IMG/VR virus record: IMGVR_UViG_3300030616_000820
DNA length: 64,000 bases
Reading direction: 5' to 3' (one strand)
Source: an uncultured virus (IMG/VR IMGVR_UViG_3300030616_000820)
Lineage: Duplodnaviria > Heunggongvirae > Uroviricota > Caudoviricetes
Program-made: the position numbers and the translations under genes
Shown here: piece after piece, positions 1 through 7,661 of the stretch
How positions within the stretch are numbered: the first letter of the stretch is position 1
How the letters are laid out: every line of letters begins with the position of its first letter
The notes under the pieces: model-generated
What the model saw: only the letters and a program-made list of their open reading frames with translations
Database searches by the model: none
What the model was told of the DNA's origin: nothing

Positions 1-127
1 ATTTGTAGATGCTTTTGATTTGTTTAATTGTATTGATAGAATTGTTAAGCATAAACATATTGATAATCTAAAAGGACTTAGAAAAGTTATTGATAATAGA
101 ATTAAGGAATTAGAAGATAAGGTAAAA
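1..127 (+). repeat. Direct repeat copy 1 (runs off window start); 3' part of a duplicate of the gene at 1844..2047
   Basis: 1..127 is identical to 1867..1993; identity ends right after TAAGGTAAAA. Confidence 0.95.
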
Positions 128-138
128 GTGAATGGAAA

Positions 139-384
139 ATGAGAAGTTTAATTGTAGCAATATTGATATTTGGAAGTATTTTAATATTAAGCATTTTATT
201 AGGTTATATAATTATCAATGAATTTCAAAATCAACAAAATGCTGATGTTAATGATTGTTGCCCTGCAGATGTTGAAACAGATAAAAATATTGTTCCAATT
301 ATGTTTATAACTATACCTGGAATTTGTATATTATTGTTTTTTAGAAATGATATAGAACAATGGATTAAAAGAAAGGTAAGGTAA
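139..384 (+). CDS. Small membrane protein (2 TM)
   Basis: Two hydrophobic segments; flanked by TAAGGTAAAAGTG motifs. Confidence 0.7.
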   Translation: MRSLIVAILIFGSILILSILLGYIIINEFQNQQNADVNDCCPADVETDKNIVPIMFITIPGICILLFFRNDIEQWIKRKVR

Positions 385-396
385 AAGTGTAAGGAT

Positions 397-894
397 ATGA
401 AAAGTAAAAAACCAGTATTATTAATGGGCGGTCATACGGATGAAATGTTTACACCAAAATATGCATTAAAACCATTGTTACCATATATAAAAGATGATTG
501 GACTATATGGGAATGTGCTTATGGTAATGGTGCTTTATATAATCATTTGAAAGAATTAGGTTATGATGTAGTAGGTAATGGTGAAGATTTTTTAAAAACA
601 AATATTGATTGTGATATAATTGTTACTAATCCACCTTATAGTTTAAAATATGAGTTTTTGAAACGTGCCTATCATATACATAAAAGGTTTGCTTTTCTTA
701 TGCCTATTACTGCTCTTGAAGGTATTAAAAGAGGTGCATTATACAATAAGTATGGTATTCAACTGATTATCCCAAATAGGCGTATTAATTTTATTACACC
801 TAATGGTGGTAAGAGTCGTTGGTTTGCTACTGCTTGGTTTACGTATGGTTTGAATTTAGAGTTTGATTTAAATTTTAAGGAGTTAGAAAGGTAA
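397..894 (+). CDS. Small adenine-type DNA methyltransferase
   Basis: WECAYGNG SAM-binding motif I followed by IVTNPPY motif IV; minimal phage-type MTase. Confidence 0.85.
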   Translation: MKSKKPVLLMGGHTDEMFTPKYALKPLLPYIKDDWTIWECAYGNGALYNHLKELGYDVVGNGEDFLKTNIDCDIIVTNPPYSLKYEFLKRAYHIHKRFAFLMPITALEGIKRGALYNKYGIQLIIPNRRINFITPNGGKSRWFATAWFTYGLNLEFDLNFKELER

Positions 895-937
895 TGTAAA
901 AGTTTGAAGAAGAAGGTAAAAAAGACAAGGTGGATAA

Positions 938-1450
938 ATGAAAATACCTAAAAAAGAATATGATGTGATATATGCTGACCCTGCATGGAAATATAATTTT
1001 AGTCCAAGTAAATATTTTTCTATTGAATATCATTATCCAACAATGAATATTAAAGATATAAAACAACTACCGATAAAAAGCAAAAAAAATAGTGTATTAT
1101 TTCTTTGGTCAACATCACCGAAGTTATTAGAAGCATTGGATGTTATGAAAGCATGGGGGTTTATTTATAAAACCCATGCAGTATGGGATAAAAATATACG
1201 TGGGATGGGTTATTGGTTTTTAGGTCAACATGAATTGCTATTAGTAGGAACAAAAGGTAAGTTTAGTCCACCAAAACCTAAGTTTATAATTGCATCAATT
1301 TATACTGAAAAAAAGAATACTAAAAAGAAATCAAGAAAACCATCTTATTTTAGAGATTGGATAACAAGAGCATATACAAATTTTGATAAAATAGAATTAT
1401 TTGCCACTGAAAAAATTGATGGTTGGGATAGTTGGGGTAACGAAATTTAA
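938..1450 (+). CDS. MT-A70 family adenine methyltransferase
   Basis: YDVIYADPAW, HYPTM, LFLW, WGF, E-LL-G, SRKP and IELFA...GWDSWGNE motifs. Confidence 0.9.
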   Translation: MKIPKKEYDVIYADPAWKYNFSPSKYFSIEYHYPTMNIKDIKQLPIKSKKNSVLFLWSTSPKLLEALDVMKAWGFIYKTHAVWDKNIRGMGYWFLGQHELLLVGTKGKFSPPKPKFIIASIYTEKKNTKKKSRKPSYFRDWITRAYTNFDKIELFATEKIDGWDSWGNEI

Positions 1451-1488
1451 ATTAAGAATGTAAGGTAATAGTTCAGGAGAAATGAAAA

Positions 1489-1569
1489 ATGAGTGAAAGA
1501 TTGAAGTGGTTTATTATTGGTGCTGTTTGTGCTTATGGTTGTTCAGCATTAGTAATAATATTTAATTAA
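1489..1569 (+). CDS. 26-aa hydrophobic micro-protein (MSERLKWFIIGAVCAYGCSALVIIFN)
   Basis: AGGAGA RBS upstream; lies exactly between two TAAGGTAA junction motifs; not in ORF track. Confidence 0.55.
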   Translation: MSERLKWFIIGAVCAYGCSALVIIFN

Positions 1570-1596
1570 GGTAATTGTTAAAGGAGAAATGAAAAG

Positions 1597-1818
1597 ATGT
1601 ATGAACACAGTATAAGAATAGCAAGTAAGTTAGAAGCAATTGCTGATGAAATAGACAATGACGAAAGTTTTGAATTTGACGACAATGCAGAATGTTTGTT
1701 TATGGAAATGATTGGAGATACTTGTAGAAAACAATACGAAATGGTGTTGATGTATATCGGTCATCTTAAAGAAGAACAGTTAGCAAAGAATGATTTAGCA
1801 ACTATAAGGAAAAAATAA
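1597..1818 (+). CDS. Hypothetical protein
   Basis: AGGAGA RBS; stop codon is part of a TAAGGTAA motif. Confidence 0.7.
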   Translation: MYEHSIRIASKLEAIADEIDNDESFEFDDNAECLFMEMIGDTCRKQYEMVLMYIGHLKEEQLAKNDLATIRKK

Positions 1819-1843
1819 GGTAAAAATTAAAGGAGAATAAAAT

Positions 1844-2047
1844 ATGGTAGAAAGAGAGTTATCACAATTTGTAGATGCTTTTGATTTGTTTAATTGTATT
1901 GATAGAATTGTTAAGCATAAACATATTGATAATCTAAAAGGACTTAGAAAAGTTATTGATAATAGAATTAAGGAATTAGAAGATAAGGTAAAACTTAAAG
2001 CTAATCAACAAAACAATATAAAAATCAACAGTAGAAATAAAACTTAA
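1844..2047 (+). CDS. Hypothetical protein, duplicated at window start
   Basis: AGGAGA RBS; 1867..1993 identical to 1..127. Confidence 0.7.
   Translation: MVERELSQFVDAFDLFNCIDRIVKHKHIDNLKGLRKVIDNRIKELEDKVKLKANQQNNIKINSRNKT
1867..1993 (+). repeat. Direct repeat copy 2
   Basis: Identical to 1..127. Confidence 0.95.
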
Positions 2048-2136
2048 AGGAAATTAAAAAATAAAAAAAACTTAATATTTAAATAAACTATAAAAAGTAA
2101 GAAAAACATTAAACTTATAATAAAAGAGATGAAAAT

Positions 2137-2430
2137 ATGGAAAATAAAATATACAAATACATAATAGATATTATGACAATATTGTTATTTGTTTTTGTCA
2201 TTCTAGGCAGTTTTTGTGCAGCATTTACAATATTTGTTTTTATAACATCAGTTATAGGAACTTGTTATTATCTTGTTAATGCATCAGAAATAATTTCTCA
2301 AGACCCAACAAGAACATTAATGCTTTGTGGTGCAGGTGTAATTGCATTAATAGGTTATGTTAAATCTTTTAATTTCTTAGCTAGATTAGTTGCAAGATGG
2401 GAAAAAGTTGTTAGACCAAAAAAGAGGTGA
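2137..2430 (+). CDS. Membrane protein
   Basis: Two long hydrophobic segments. Confidence 0.65.
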   Translation: MENKIYKYIIDIMTILLFVFVILGSFCAAFTIFVFITSVIGTCYYLVNASEIISQDPTRTLMLCGAGVIALIGYVKSFNFLARLVARWEKVVRPKKR

Positions 2431-2552
2431 TTAATATTAAATGTGATATTTGTGGCAAAGAAACCAAGAAAGGTAAAATTTTTGTTATACCAAAGCAAGA
2501 GTTTTTATGTTTAGAATGTGCTAAAAAAAGAAGAGAGAAGGGAGGTGAATAG
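2427..2552 (+). CDS. Small Zn-finger protein (CDIC...CLEC)
   Basis: GTG start overlapping the upstream TGA; two CxxC motifs; not in ORF track. Confidence 0.55.
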   Translation: MINIKCDICGKETKKGKIFVIPKQEFLCLECAKKRREKGGE

Positions 2553-2699
2553 ATGGACCCAATAATTATAGGTATACTTATCATAGTTGGCTTTATGGGA
2601 CTTATTTTATCTCTTATGAGAATAATGTTAAAAGCCAAAAAAAGACAACAAAAAATGAATGAAAAGTTTGATGAATACGACCCATATGAAGATAAGTAA
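2553..2699 (+). CDS. Small single-TM protein
   Basis: GGAGGTGA RBS; MDPIIIGILIIVGFMGLILSLMR; not in ORF track. Confidence 0.6.
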   Translation: MDPIIIGILIIVGFMGLILSLMRIMLKAKKRQQKMNEKFDEYDPYEDK

Positions 2700-2700
2700 A

Positions 2701-2728
2701 ATATTAAAAACCAACAAACCTTTATATA
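2701..2728 (+). promoter_or_regulatory. Putative archaeal-type promoter (ATATTAAAA-N11-TTTATATA)
   Basis: TATA box TTTATATA at 2721 with A-rich BRE; same architecture recurs at 4894, 7612, 9272 and 9606. Confidence 0.6.
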
Positions 2729-2757
2729 CTATGAAACCAATTTATACTTGTGATGAA

Positions 2758-2982
2758 ATGAAAGCCAAGGAATTAATTAAAATCCTAAAAGAAGTTCCAG
2801 AGGACACAGAAGTTGTTCTTTGGAAATGGAGCAGAAGAGAAGGCAAATCAGTATATAGACAGCTAACAATAACTTGTAATCATTATAATGAATACAACCA
2901 AAAGAAAAAACAATTAACATTAACAGTGCCAGAATTACCAAGACCTTTTGACCCAGTATATTTAAATAATGAGGAGAATTAA
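2758..2982 (+). CDS. Hypothetical protein (MKAKELIKILKEVPEDTEV, a common phage N-terminus)
   Basis: Start moved from 2659 to the ATG at 2758, downstream of the promoter and a GTGA motif. Confidence 0.6.
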   Translation: MKAKELIKILKEVPEDTEVVLWKWSRREGKSVYRQLTITCNHYNEYNQKKKQLTLTVPELPRPFDPVYLNNEEN

Positions 2983-2983
2983 A

Positions 2984-3172
2984 ATGACATCTTATTTTTT
3001 TAATTCTTCTTTTGGTGGCAAAGCATTACTTGTTGAATTACCAAGAGGAGGATATGTTGAAGACTTTAATGATAATACTACTATAAAATTTACAAACAAA
3101 CAGAAACTTTGGAGTTATGCAAATACAAGATTTAAAGGATATGCAAAATATAAACTTTTAGAGGAGGACTAA
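2984..3172 (+). CDS. Hypothetical protein (cassette array)
   Basis: GAGGAG RBS before ATG 2984; ends in ED-stop. Confidence 0.65.
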   Translation: MTSYFFNSSFGGKALLVELPRGGYVEDFNDNTTIKFTNKQKLWSYANTRFKGYAKYKLLEED

Positions 3173-3176
3173 AAGA

Positions 3177-3365
3177 ATGAATATTTATATGTCAAGAGAT
3201 GGTAGAACAATTAAAGTATTTAATTTTAATTATAGAGGAGAAGAATTAACTTTTATATCATATGAAGGAAGAACAGGAATGTTAAAGAAAGATTACGAAA
3301 AAAGATTAAAAGAATTTAAAGAAGGCAACAAAGGTGGTTACTACTTAAAATTAAAGGAGGACTAA
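3177..3365 (+). CDS. Hypothetical protein (cassette array)
   Basis: GGAGGACTAAAAG junction at both ends. Confidence 0.7.
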   Translation: MNIYMSRDGRTIKVFNFNYRGEELTFISYEGRTGMLKKDYEKRLKEFKEGNKGGYYLKLKED

Positions 3366-3368
3366 AAG

Positions 3369-3479
3369 ATGTTTACATTATATGACAGATTGATTTATGC
3401 AATAAACCATTGTGATGAAACTGATGAATGGAAAAAGGAAACTAAAAGATTATTACAAGATTGGAAAATGGAGGATTAA
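3369..3479 (+). CDS. 36-aa hypothetical protein (cassette array)
   Basis: MFTLYDRLIYAINHCDETDEWKKETKRLLQDWKMED; junction motif at both ends; not in ORF track. Confidence 0.65.
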   Translation: MFTLYDRLIYAINHCDETDEWKKETKRLLQDWKMED

Positions 3480-3482
3480 AAG

Positions 3483-3614
3483 ATGGACGATAAACAAATA
3501 AGAGAAATCATAACAATACTAAGAGAGGCAATTAAAGAAAAAAATTGGAACAAAATTGAATGGATGGTTGATGTATTAAATATGAATACAGTTGATGCTA
3601 TAATGGAGGACTAA
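3483..3614 (+). CDS. 43-aa hypothetical protein (cassette array)
   Basis: MDDKQIREIITILREAIKEKNW...AIMED; junction motif at both ends; not in ORF track. Confidence 0.65.
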   Translation: MDDKQIREIITILREAIKEKNWNKIEWMVDVLNMNTVDAIMED

Positions 3615-3617
3615 AAG

Positions 3618-3806
3618 ATGAAAGTCGCAACATTTGTCATTTCAGAAACAGAACAAAAATATCTACTTGTAGCGTTACACGATTTGTACGACTCGATTAA
3701 AAACGTTCCAACTAGAGACCATACTAAACAAAAGGAATTAAAGCTAATAGATAAACTCGGAGAAAAAATAGCTAAATCAAATTTTATGGAAATCAAGGAG
3801 GATTAA
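3618..3806 (+). CDS. Hypothetical protein (cassette array)
   Basis: Junction motif at both ends; ends in ED-stop. Confidence 0.7.
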   Translation: MKVATFVISETEQKYLLVALHDLYDSIKNVPTRDHTKQKELKLIDKLGEKIAKSNFMEIKED

Positions 3807-3809
3807 ATA

Positions 3810-4376
3810 ATGAAAAAATATAGAACCGGAATACAAAAGCAAGTTCTAAATATTATAGAATATGGTTGTAATGTAATGAAACTACCATATGTAACAACCG
3901 AAGAATTAAAGAAAGAATTAAGAAAGCCAAATGAAACAGATGAACAAATTAAATACAGAATAACCCAAGCAGTTTATCATTTAAAGAAAAACAAAAAAAT
4001 AATTGATAAAGGATATGGTAAATACGCAATTAACAAACAAGGCAAAAAACAATACAAGAAATGTAGTTTGTTAACAGAGAAAAACAAACGACCATACTGC
4101 CCAGTAAAAGAATGTTTTATTGGCGACCCTAATAGACAATGTATTTCAATAGATGATACAGATGGAACAAAGAAAACAACAACACCAGTTTGCCCATGTT
4201 ACACAACAAATAAAGATAATTTAGAAATAGCCAAACAAAAGTTAAACAACATAAAAGCAAAAGACATTGGAAACTATAGATATTATAATTGTAACATAGA
4301 AGACCCAGAAAGCAAATATTATACATTAGACTCACAGCATCCAGAAAAATATATTATGAATTATATATTGGGTTAA
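3810..4376 (+). CDS. Putative DNA-binding protein (wHTH-like N-terminus plus Cys-rich domain)
   Basis: AVYHLKKNKKIIDKGYGKY wing-like segment; six Cys in the C-terminal half. Confidence 0.45.
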   Translation: MKKYRTGIQKQVLNIIEYGCNVMKLPYVTTEELKKELRKPNETDEQIKYRITQAVYHLKKNKKIIDKGYGKYAINKQGKKQYKKCSLLTEKNKRPYCPVKECFIGDPNRQCISIDDTDGTKKTTTPVCPCYTTNKDNLEIAKQKLNNIKAKDIGNYRYYNCNIEDPESKYYTLDSQHPEKYIMNYILG

Positions 4377-4377
4377 A

Positions 4378-4908
4378 ATGGCTTTAATTAGAACAGAAAC
4401 ATTAACCTGTAGACATTGCGGTAAAGAATATATACATAGAATTTATAGTGAAACAACAAAGAATAGTATTTGTCCATATTGTAAAAAAATAAATGATAAA
4501 TGCCATGTTGGAAGACCACCACAATTAAAATCTACAATTTTAAAAGAATGCCAAAATCCTAAATGTGATGATGGAAGGGGGCTTGGCATACCTTTCTTAT
4601 TTTATGCAATAAATGATAGGCAAAAATATTGTTCTAAAGAATGCTACCGACAGGCAGAACAAGCAAAATTTACTGAACGAACAAGACGTTGGAGAAAAAA
4701 TAATCCAGAAAGAAACAGAGAAATTGCAAGAAAATATTATAAAAGGAATAGAAAAAGAATATTAGAAACCCAAAGAAAATGGGCAAAAAACAATCCAGAC
4801 AAAATAAAAGAATATGAAGAAAGACGAAAAGAAAAACAAAAGAAAGAACCTTGGGACAAAAAACTTGTAGATGAATTATCAAAAAAATATAAAATATTAA
4901 AAAAATAA
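4378..4908 (+). CDS. Zn-finger, basic helical-repeat protein
   Basis: CxxC motifs, YCSKEC, and repeated W(R/A)KNNP(E/D) units like those in homing-endonuclease DNA-binding arms; no nuclease motif seen. Confidence 0.55.
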   Translation: MALIRTETLTCRHCGKEYIHRIYSETTKNSICPYCKKINDKCHVGRPPQLKSTILKECQNPKCDDGRGLGIPFLFYAINDRQKYCSKECYRQAEQAKFTERTRRWRKNNPERNREIARKYYKRNRKRILETQRKWAKNNPDKIKEYEERRKEKQKKEPWDKKLVDELSKKYKILKK

Positions 4909-4921
4909 ATAACTTTAAATA
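4894..4921 (+). promoter_or_regulatory. Putative promoter (ATATTAAAA-N11-TTTAAATA)
   Basis: Same fixed spacing as the other copies; upstream of the exonuclease. Confidence 0.55.
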
Positions 4922-4952
4922 ATAATAACAAACATATAGATAAAGTAATAAC

Positions 4953-5780
4953 ATGCAATATAAAACATTAATAATAGACGGGCCTTATTTGGCACATAGG
5001 TCATATTCAGCACCTTATAGATTAAATACATCTAAAAATATTAATTCAACATTAGTACATTCATTTCTAACAACATTGTTATCATTGAAAAAACAATTTG
5101 AACCAATTCAAACAATAATAGCTTGGGAATCGCATGGAACCAAATCTTGGAGAAGAGAACAATATAAACCTTACAAACCACAACATAAATTAGAATCTGA
5201 TTTTGTAAGCCAACAAGAAGATGTTAAAACACTTTTATCATATCTTGGATATGAACAATATTATTCACCAAATAATGAAGCCGACGATGTTATAGCTAAA
5301 TTAACAAGCAAACCAAAACCAATAGTAATATTTACAACAGATAAAGATATAATGCAATTAGTAGACCAAAACTGTCATGTTTTTAATGGGAAAAAAATAT
5401 ATGATAAATTTGAAGTAATTAAAAAATTTGGTGTTAGCCCAAATCAAATTTCAGACTTTTTAGCAATAACAGGAGACATATCAGATAATATACCTGGAGT
5501 TAAAAACTATGGGCCTAAAAAAACAGCCAAAGCAATTAAAGAATTTGGGCTTGTAGAAAAAATACCGCATACTCATTCATTGAATAAATATAAACAACAA
5601 ATATTGTATAATAAAAGATTAACACAGTTAAATAAGAATTGTGATTTAAAAGAATACAAACCAAACAAAACTCAAACAATGTATTCTATATTAGATAAAT
5701 ATGAACTTAGAAGAATAGAAGAGAATATAAATAAATATAAAGAAGTTAATGGAAAAGAACCAATAAAGGAATGGATTTAA
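4953..5780 (+). CDS. 5'-3' exonuclease / flap endonuclease (Pol I N-terminal, T5 D15-like)
   Basis: IIDG, EADDVIA, TTDKDIMQL and GDISDNIPGVKNYGPK (H3TH) motifs. Confidence 0.92.
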   Translation: MQYKTLIIDGPYLAHRSYSAPYRLNTSKNINSTLVHSFLTTLLSLKKQFEPIQTIIAWESHGTKSWRREQYKPYKPQHKLESDFVSQQEDVKTLLSYLGYEQYYSPNNEADDVIAKLTSKPKPIVIFTTDKDIMQLVDQNCHVFNGKKIYDKFEVIKKFGVSPNQISDFLAITGDISDNIPGVKNYGPKKTAKAIKEFGLVEKIPHTHSLNKYKQQILYNKRLTQLNKNCDLKEYKPNKTQTMYSILDKYELRRIEENINKYKEVNGKEPIKEWI

Positions 5781-5781
5781 A

Positions 5782-6255
5782 ATGATAATATTTAGTTATA
5801 CCGGAAAAGATGAGATGACATGTAAAGACTGTGAAGACTATCATAATTGTAGTTTTACGAAAGGAGGAACAATTAATAAATTGCCTTGTATGAAATCAAA
5901 GTTAAAACCAAAAAGACCAAAAGTTACAAATGCAGAATGGGATTTTTTTCAATACAAAAGACAACTAACTTGTATGAAGGTTACAATACAGGCAAAGATA
6001 GATGAAATGATTAGAGACGGTTTAAGACCAAAAGGAATGAATGGCTTACAAGAAAAACATAGTTTTACAGACTATTGTAAATATAGAAGAGCATTAAATA
6101 AAGCATCTGATTTCCTCAAAGAAAATGAAAAAAATAAACATAGTAATGCTTTTATTGATGAATTAATAAATAGCGAAATAATATTAAATGATGATGGAAA
6201 AATAGAAGTTGAAAGCAGATTGGAAGAGTTAAAAGATATAATAAAAGCCTTGTAG
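5782..6255 (+). CDS. Hypothetical protein
   Basis: Co-oriented ORF with N-terminal Cys cluster. Confidence 0.55.
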   Translation: MIIFSYTGKDEMTCKDCEDYHNCSFTKGGTINKLPCMKSKLKPKRPKVTNAEWDFFQYKRQLTCMKVTIQAKIDEMIRDGLRPKGMNGLQEKHSFTDYCKYRRALNKASDFLKENEKNKHSNAFIDELINSEIILNDDGKIEVESRLEELKDIIKAL

Positions 6256-6283
6256 TTAGGTGATAAAACTTAAAGGAATTTAT

Positions 6284-6397
6284 ATGAATATGACATACTG
6301 TAAAGACTGTAATTCAAAAGAAATTAGATTAGACCATAATTTACAACCTTATTGTAGAAATTGTGGAGGATATAATTTGGAGACGATTAGAATATGA
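6284..6397 (+). CDS. Small Zn-ribbon protein (CKDC...CRNC)
   Basis: Two CxxC motifs; ATGA overlap with next gene; not in ORF track. Confidence 0.5.
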   Translation: MNMTYCKDCNSKEIRLDHNLQPYCRNCGGYNLETIRI

Positions 6398-6645
6398 GAA
6401 CAGAATGTGATTATTGTGGTAAAAAAATAACTAAAGGTAGAGGACAAGTATTAAGGCATAAAAAACATTTTTGTAATAAAGATTGTTATTTTAATTATAG
6501 AAGAGAACATCCAGAAGAATATTACAAGCAACCTAAAACTCATAACAGTAACGCAAAAAATAAAATAGAAACATTTGCAGCAATAAAAAACAAAAAGTTT
6601 ATTAACAAAGAAATTATTAAAAAATTATTAAAGGAGGAACAATAA
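6394..6645 (+). CDS. TRASH-like Zn-finger protein
   Basis: CDYC...FCNKDC. Confidence 0.6.
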   Translation: MRTECDYCGKKITKGRGQVLRHKKHFCNKDCYFNYRREHPEEYYKQPKTHNSNAKNKIETFAAIKNKKFINKEIIKKLLKEEQ

Positions 6646-6830
6646 TGGCATATAAATATAAAGACTATACTCTTTATACAAGAAAAGTAAAATTAAGAGG
6701 CGGAAGAGAGCAGACAATATATTATTTTAGCAAAGGAACACCAAAGTCTGGCACACCTTGTGATTTACCAGAAGGATATAAAGTTTGTGAGAATCCAACA
6801 ACAAAATTTGTTTACTTAAAAAAACAATAA
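6645..6830 (+). CDS. Small basic protein, possible chromatin/nucleic-acid-binding protein
   Basis: GGAGG RBS; YTLY-x-RKVKLRGG-x-QTIYYFSK...LPEGY pattern recalls a small archaeal protein family (possibly Cc1-like; from memory, unverified). Confidence 0.55.
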   Translation: MAYKYKDYTLYTRKVKLRGGREQTIYYFSKGTPKSGTPCDLPEGYKVCENPTTKFVYLKKQ

Positions 6831-6837
6831 ATTAAAA

Positions 6838-6973
6838 AAGGAAACATAAACCTTAAACAACCCGTCGGAAAACCGAGAGTCCTGACGCATAAAATATGTC
6901 TTGTTTCCTATCTATTATTTCACTATTCATATGTTCATCAAGACATATGGTTGGAGGAATTTTATGTTTCCTT
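6838..6973. ncRNA. Putative structured RNA/DNA element (three-way junction)
   Basis: 13-bp perfect IR 6838-6850/6961-6973 enclosing CAACC/GGTTG, CGTC/GACG and a 10-bp IR 6894-6903/6939-6948. Confidence 0.5.
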
Positions 6974-7022
6974 ACAAATTTATAAATAGTATGAAAAACA
7001 TATATTATTAATGTAATAAAAG

Positions 7023-7271
7023 GTGTATCTAATGTATATAGACTCCAAATATGTTTTAGATGTGGAAAATAAAATAAAACAAATGGATTATCCAACACCA
7101 CAAAAACTTTTAAACAAATATAAAGGAAAGCTAACAAAACAAGAACTTGGTGGGATATTGGATTATTTTTTAAAAGAAAATAAAATAACTATAGACAAAG
7201 GACATATTGTTTGGATACATAATCCATACCTAACAAATCTTATTAATAAAAGAGGTTTTTTTGTTCTATGA
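7023..7271 (+). CDS. Putative antitoxin / wHTH-like partner of RelE toxin
   Basis: ILDYF-x-KENKITIDKGHIVWIHNP pattern; ATGA overlap with the RelE-like gene. Confidence 0.6.
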   Translation: MYLMYIDSKYVLDVENKIKQMDYPTPQKLLNKYKGKLTKQELGGILDYFLKENKITIDKGHIVWIHNPYLTNLINKRGFFVL

Positions 7272-7600
7272 AAATTATTAATGTAGTTATAGATACAAAA
7301 AATAAAAAGCAAATATACAAACTTTTAGATAAGGAAATTAAACTTAAATTAGCTTTTGATGAAAGTATAGAAAAATTAAAGAAAAATCCATATGCTGGCA
7401 AAAAAGTAAAAAAGAACTTATGGCCCAAAAAATTGATAAAAGAATATCATATAGATAATCTATATAGATATGATATTATAAGAAAACATCCTGGTTGGAG
7501 ACTATTATATACTTTACAGGGAGATTCTAAAATAAAAATTTTAGTTGTTGTTTTAGAAGTTTTAGGACATAAAAAATATGATAGGATGTTTAAATATTAG
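7268..7600 (+). CDS. RelE/ParE-family toxin
   Basis: IEKLKKNPYAG...LYRYD...GWRLLYT...LEVLGHKKYDRMFKY is a typical archaeal RelE-like pattern. Confidence 0.75.
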   Translation: MKIINVVIDTKNKKQIYKLLDKEIKLKLAFDESIEKLKKNPYAGKKVKKNLWPKKLIKEYHIDNLYRYDIIRKHPGWRLLYTLQGDSKIKILVVVLEVLGHKKYDRMFKY

Positions 7601-7611
7601 TTTTTTTTAAA

Positions 7612-7639
7612 ATATTAAAATTATCAAAATATTTATATA
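7612..7639 (+). promoter_or_regulatory. Putative promoter (ATATTAAAA-N11-TTTATATA), preceded by an oligo-T terminator-like run
   Basis: TATA at 7632, 30 nt before the helicase ATG (near-leaderless); T8 at 7601. Confidence 0.6.
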
Positions 7640-7661
7640 GCAACAATTACTTTTTAGAATT

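Larger units (their letters stand above)
118..1993 (+). repeat. Dispersed junction motif TAAGGTAA(W) between small genes
   Basis: Copies start at 118, 377, 1461, 1567, 1816 and 1984; AAGGTAA variants at 888 and 913; three copies are followed by AGGAGAA and then ATG. Confidence 0.75.
3163..3812 (+). repeat. Repeated 16-bp gene junction GGAGGAYTAAAAGATG
   Basis: Copies at 3163 (one extra A), 3356, 3470, 3605 and 3797 (variant); degenerate copy near 2971. Confidence 0.85.

Noticed and set aside
2659..2757. N-terminal extension of ORF 2659..2982
   Set aside because: Overlaps the upstream small gene and contains the promoter motif; ATG 2758 is the more plausible start
118..3812. Junction repeats as a CRISPR array
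   Set aside because: Repeats are only 8-16 bp, spacing is irregular (about 100-600 bp) and the intervening sequences are ORFs with RBS
4378..4908. Free-standing homing endonuclease
   Set aside because: Has Zn fingers and basic repeats but no HNH, GIY-YIG or PD-(D/E)XK catalytic motif
6838..6973. Hammerhead ribozyme or tRNA in the structured element
   Set aside because: The minus strand has TGATGA...GAAAC, but the stems cannot be arranged in hammerhead topology; no cloverleaf or T-loop consensus
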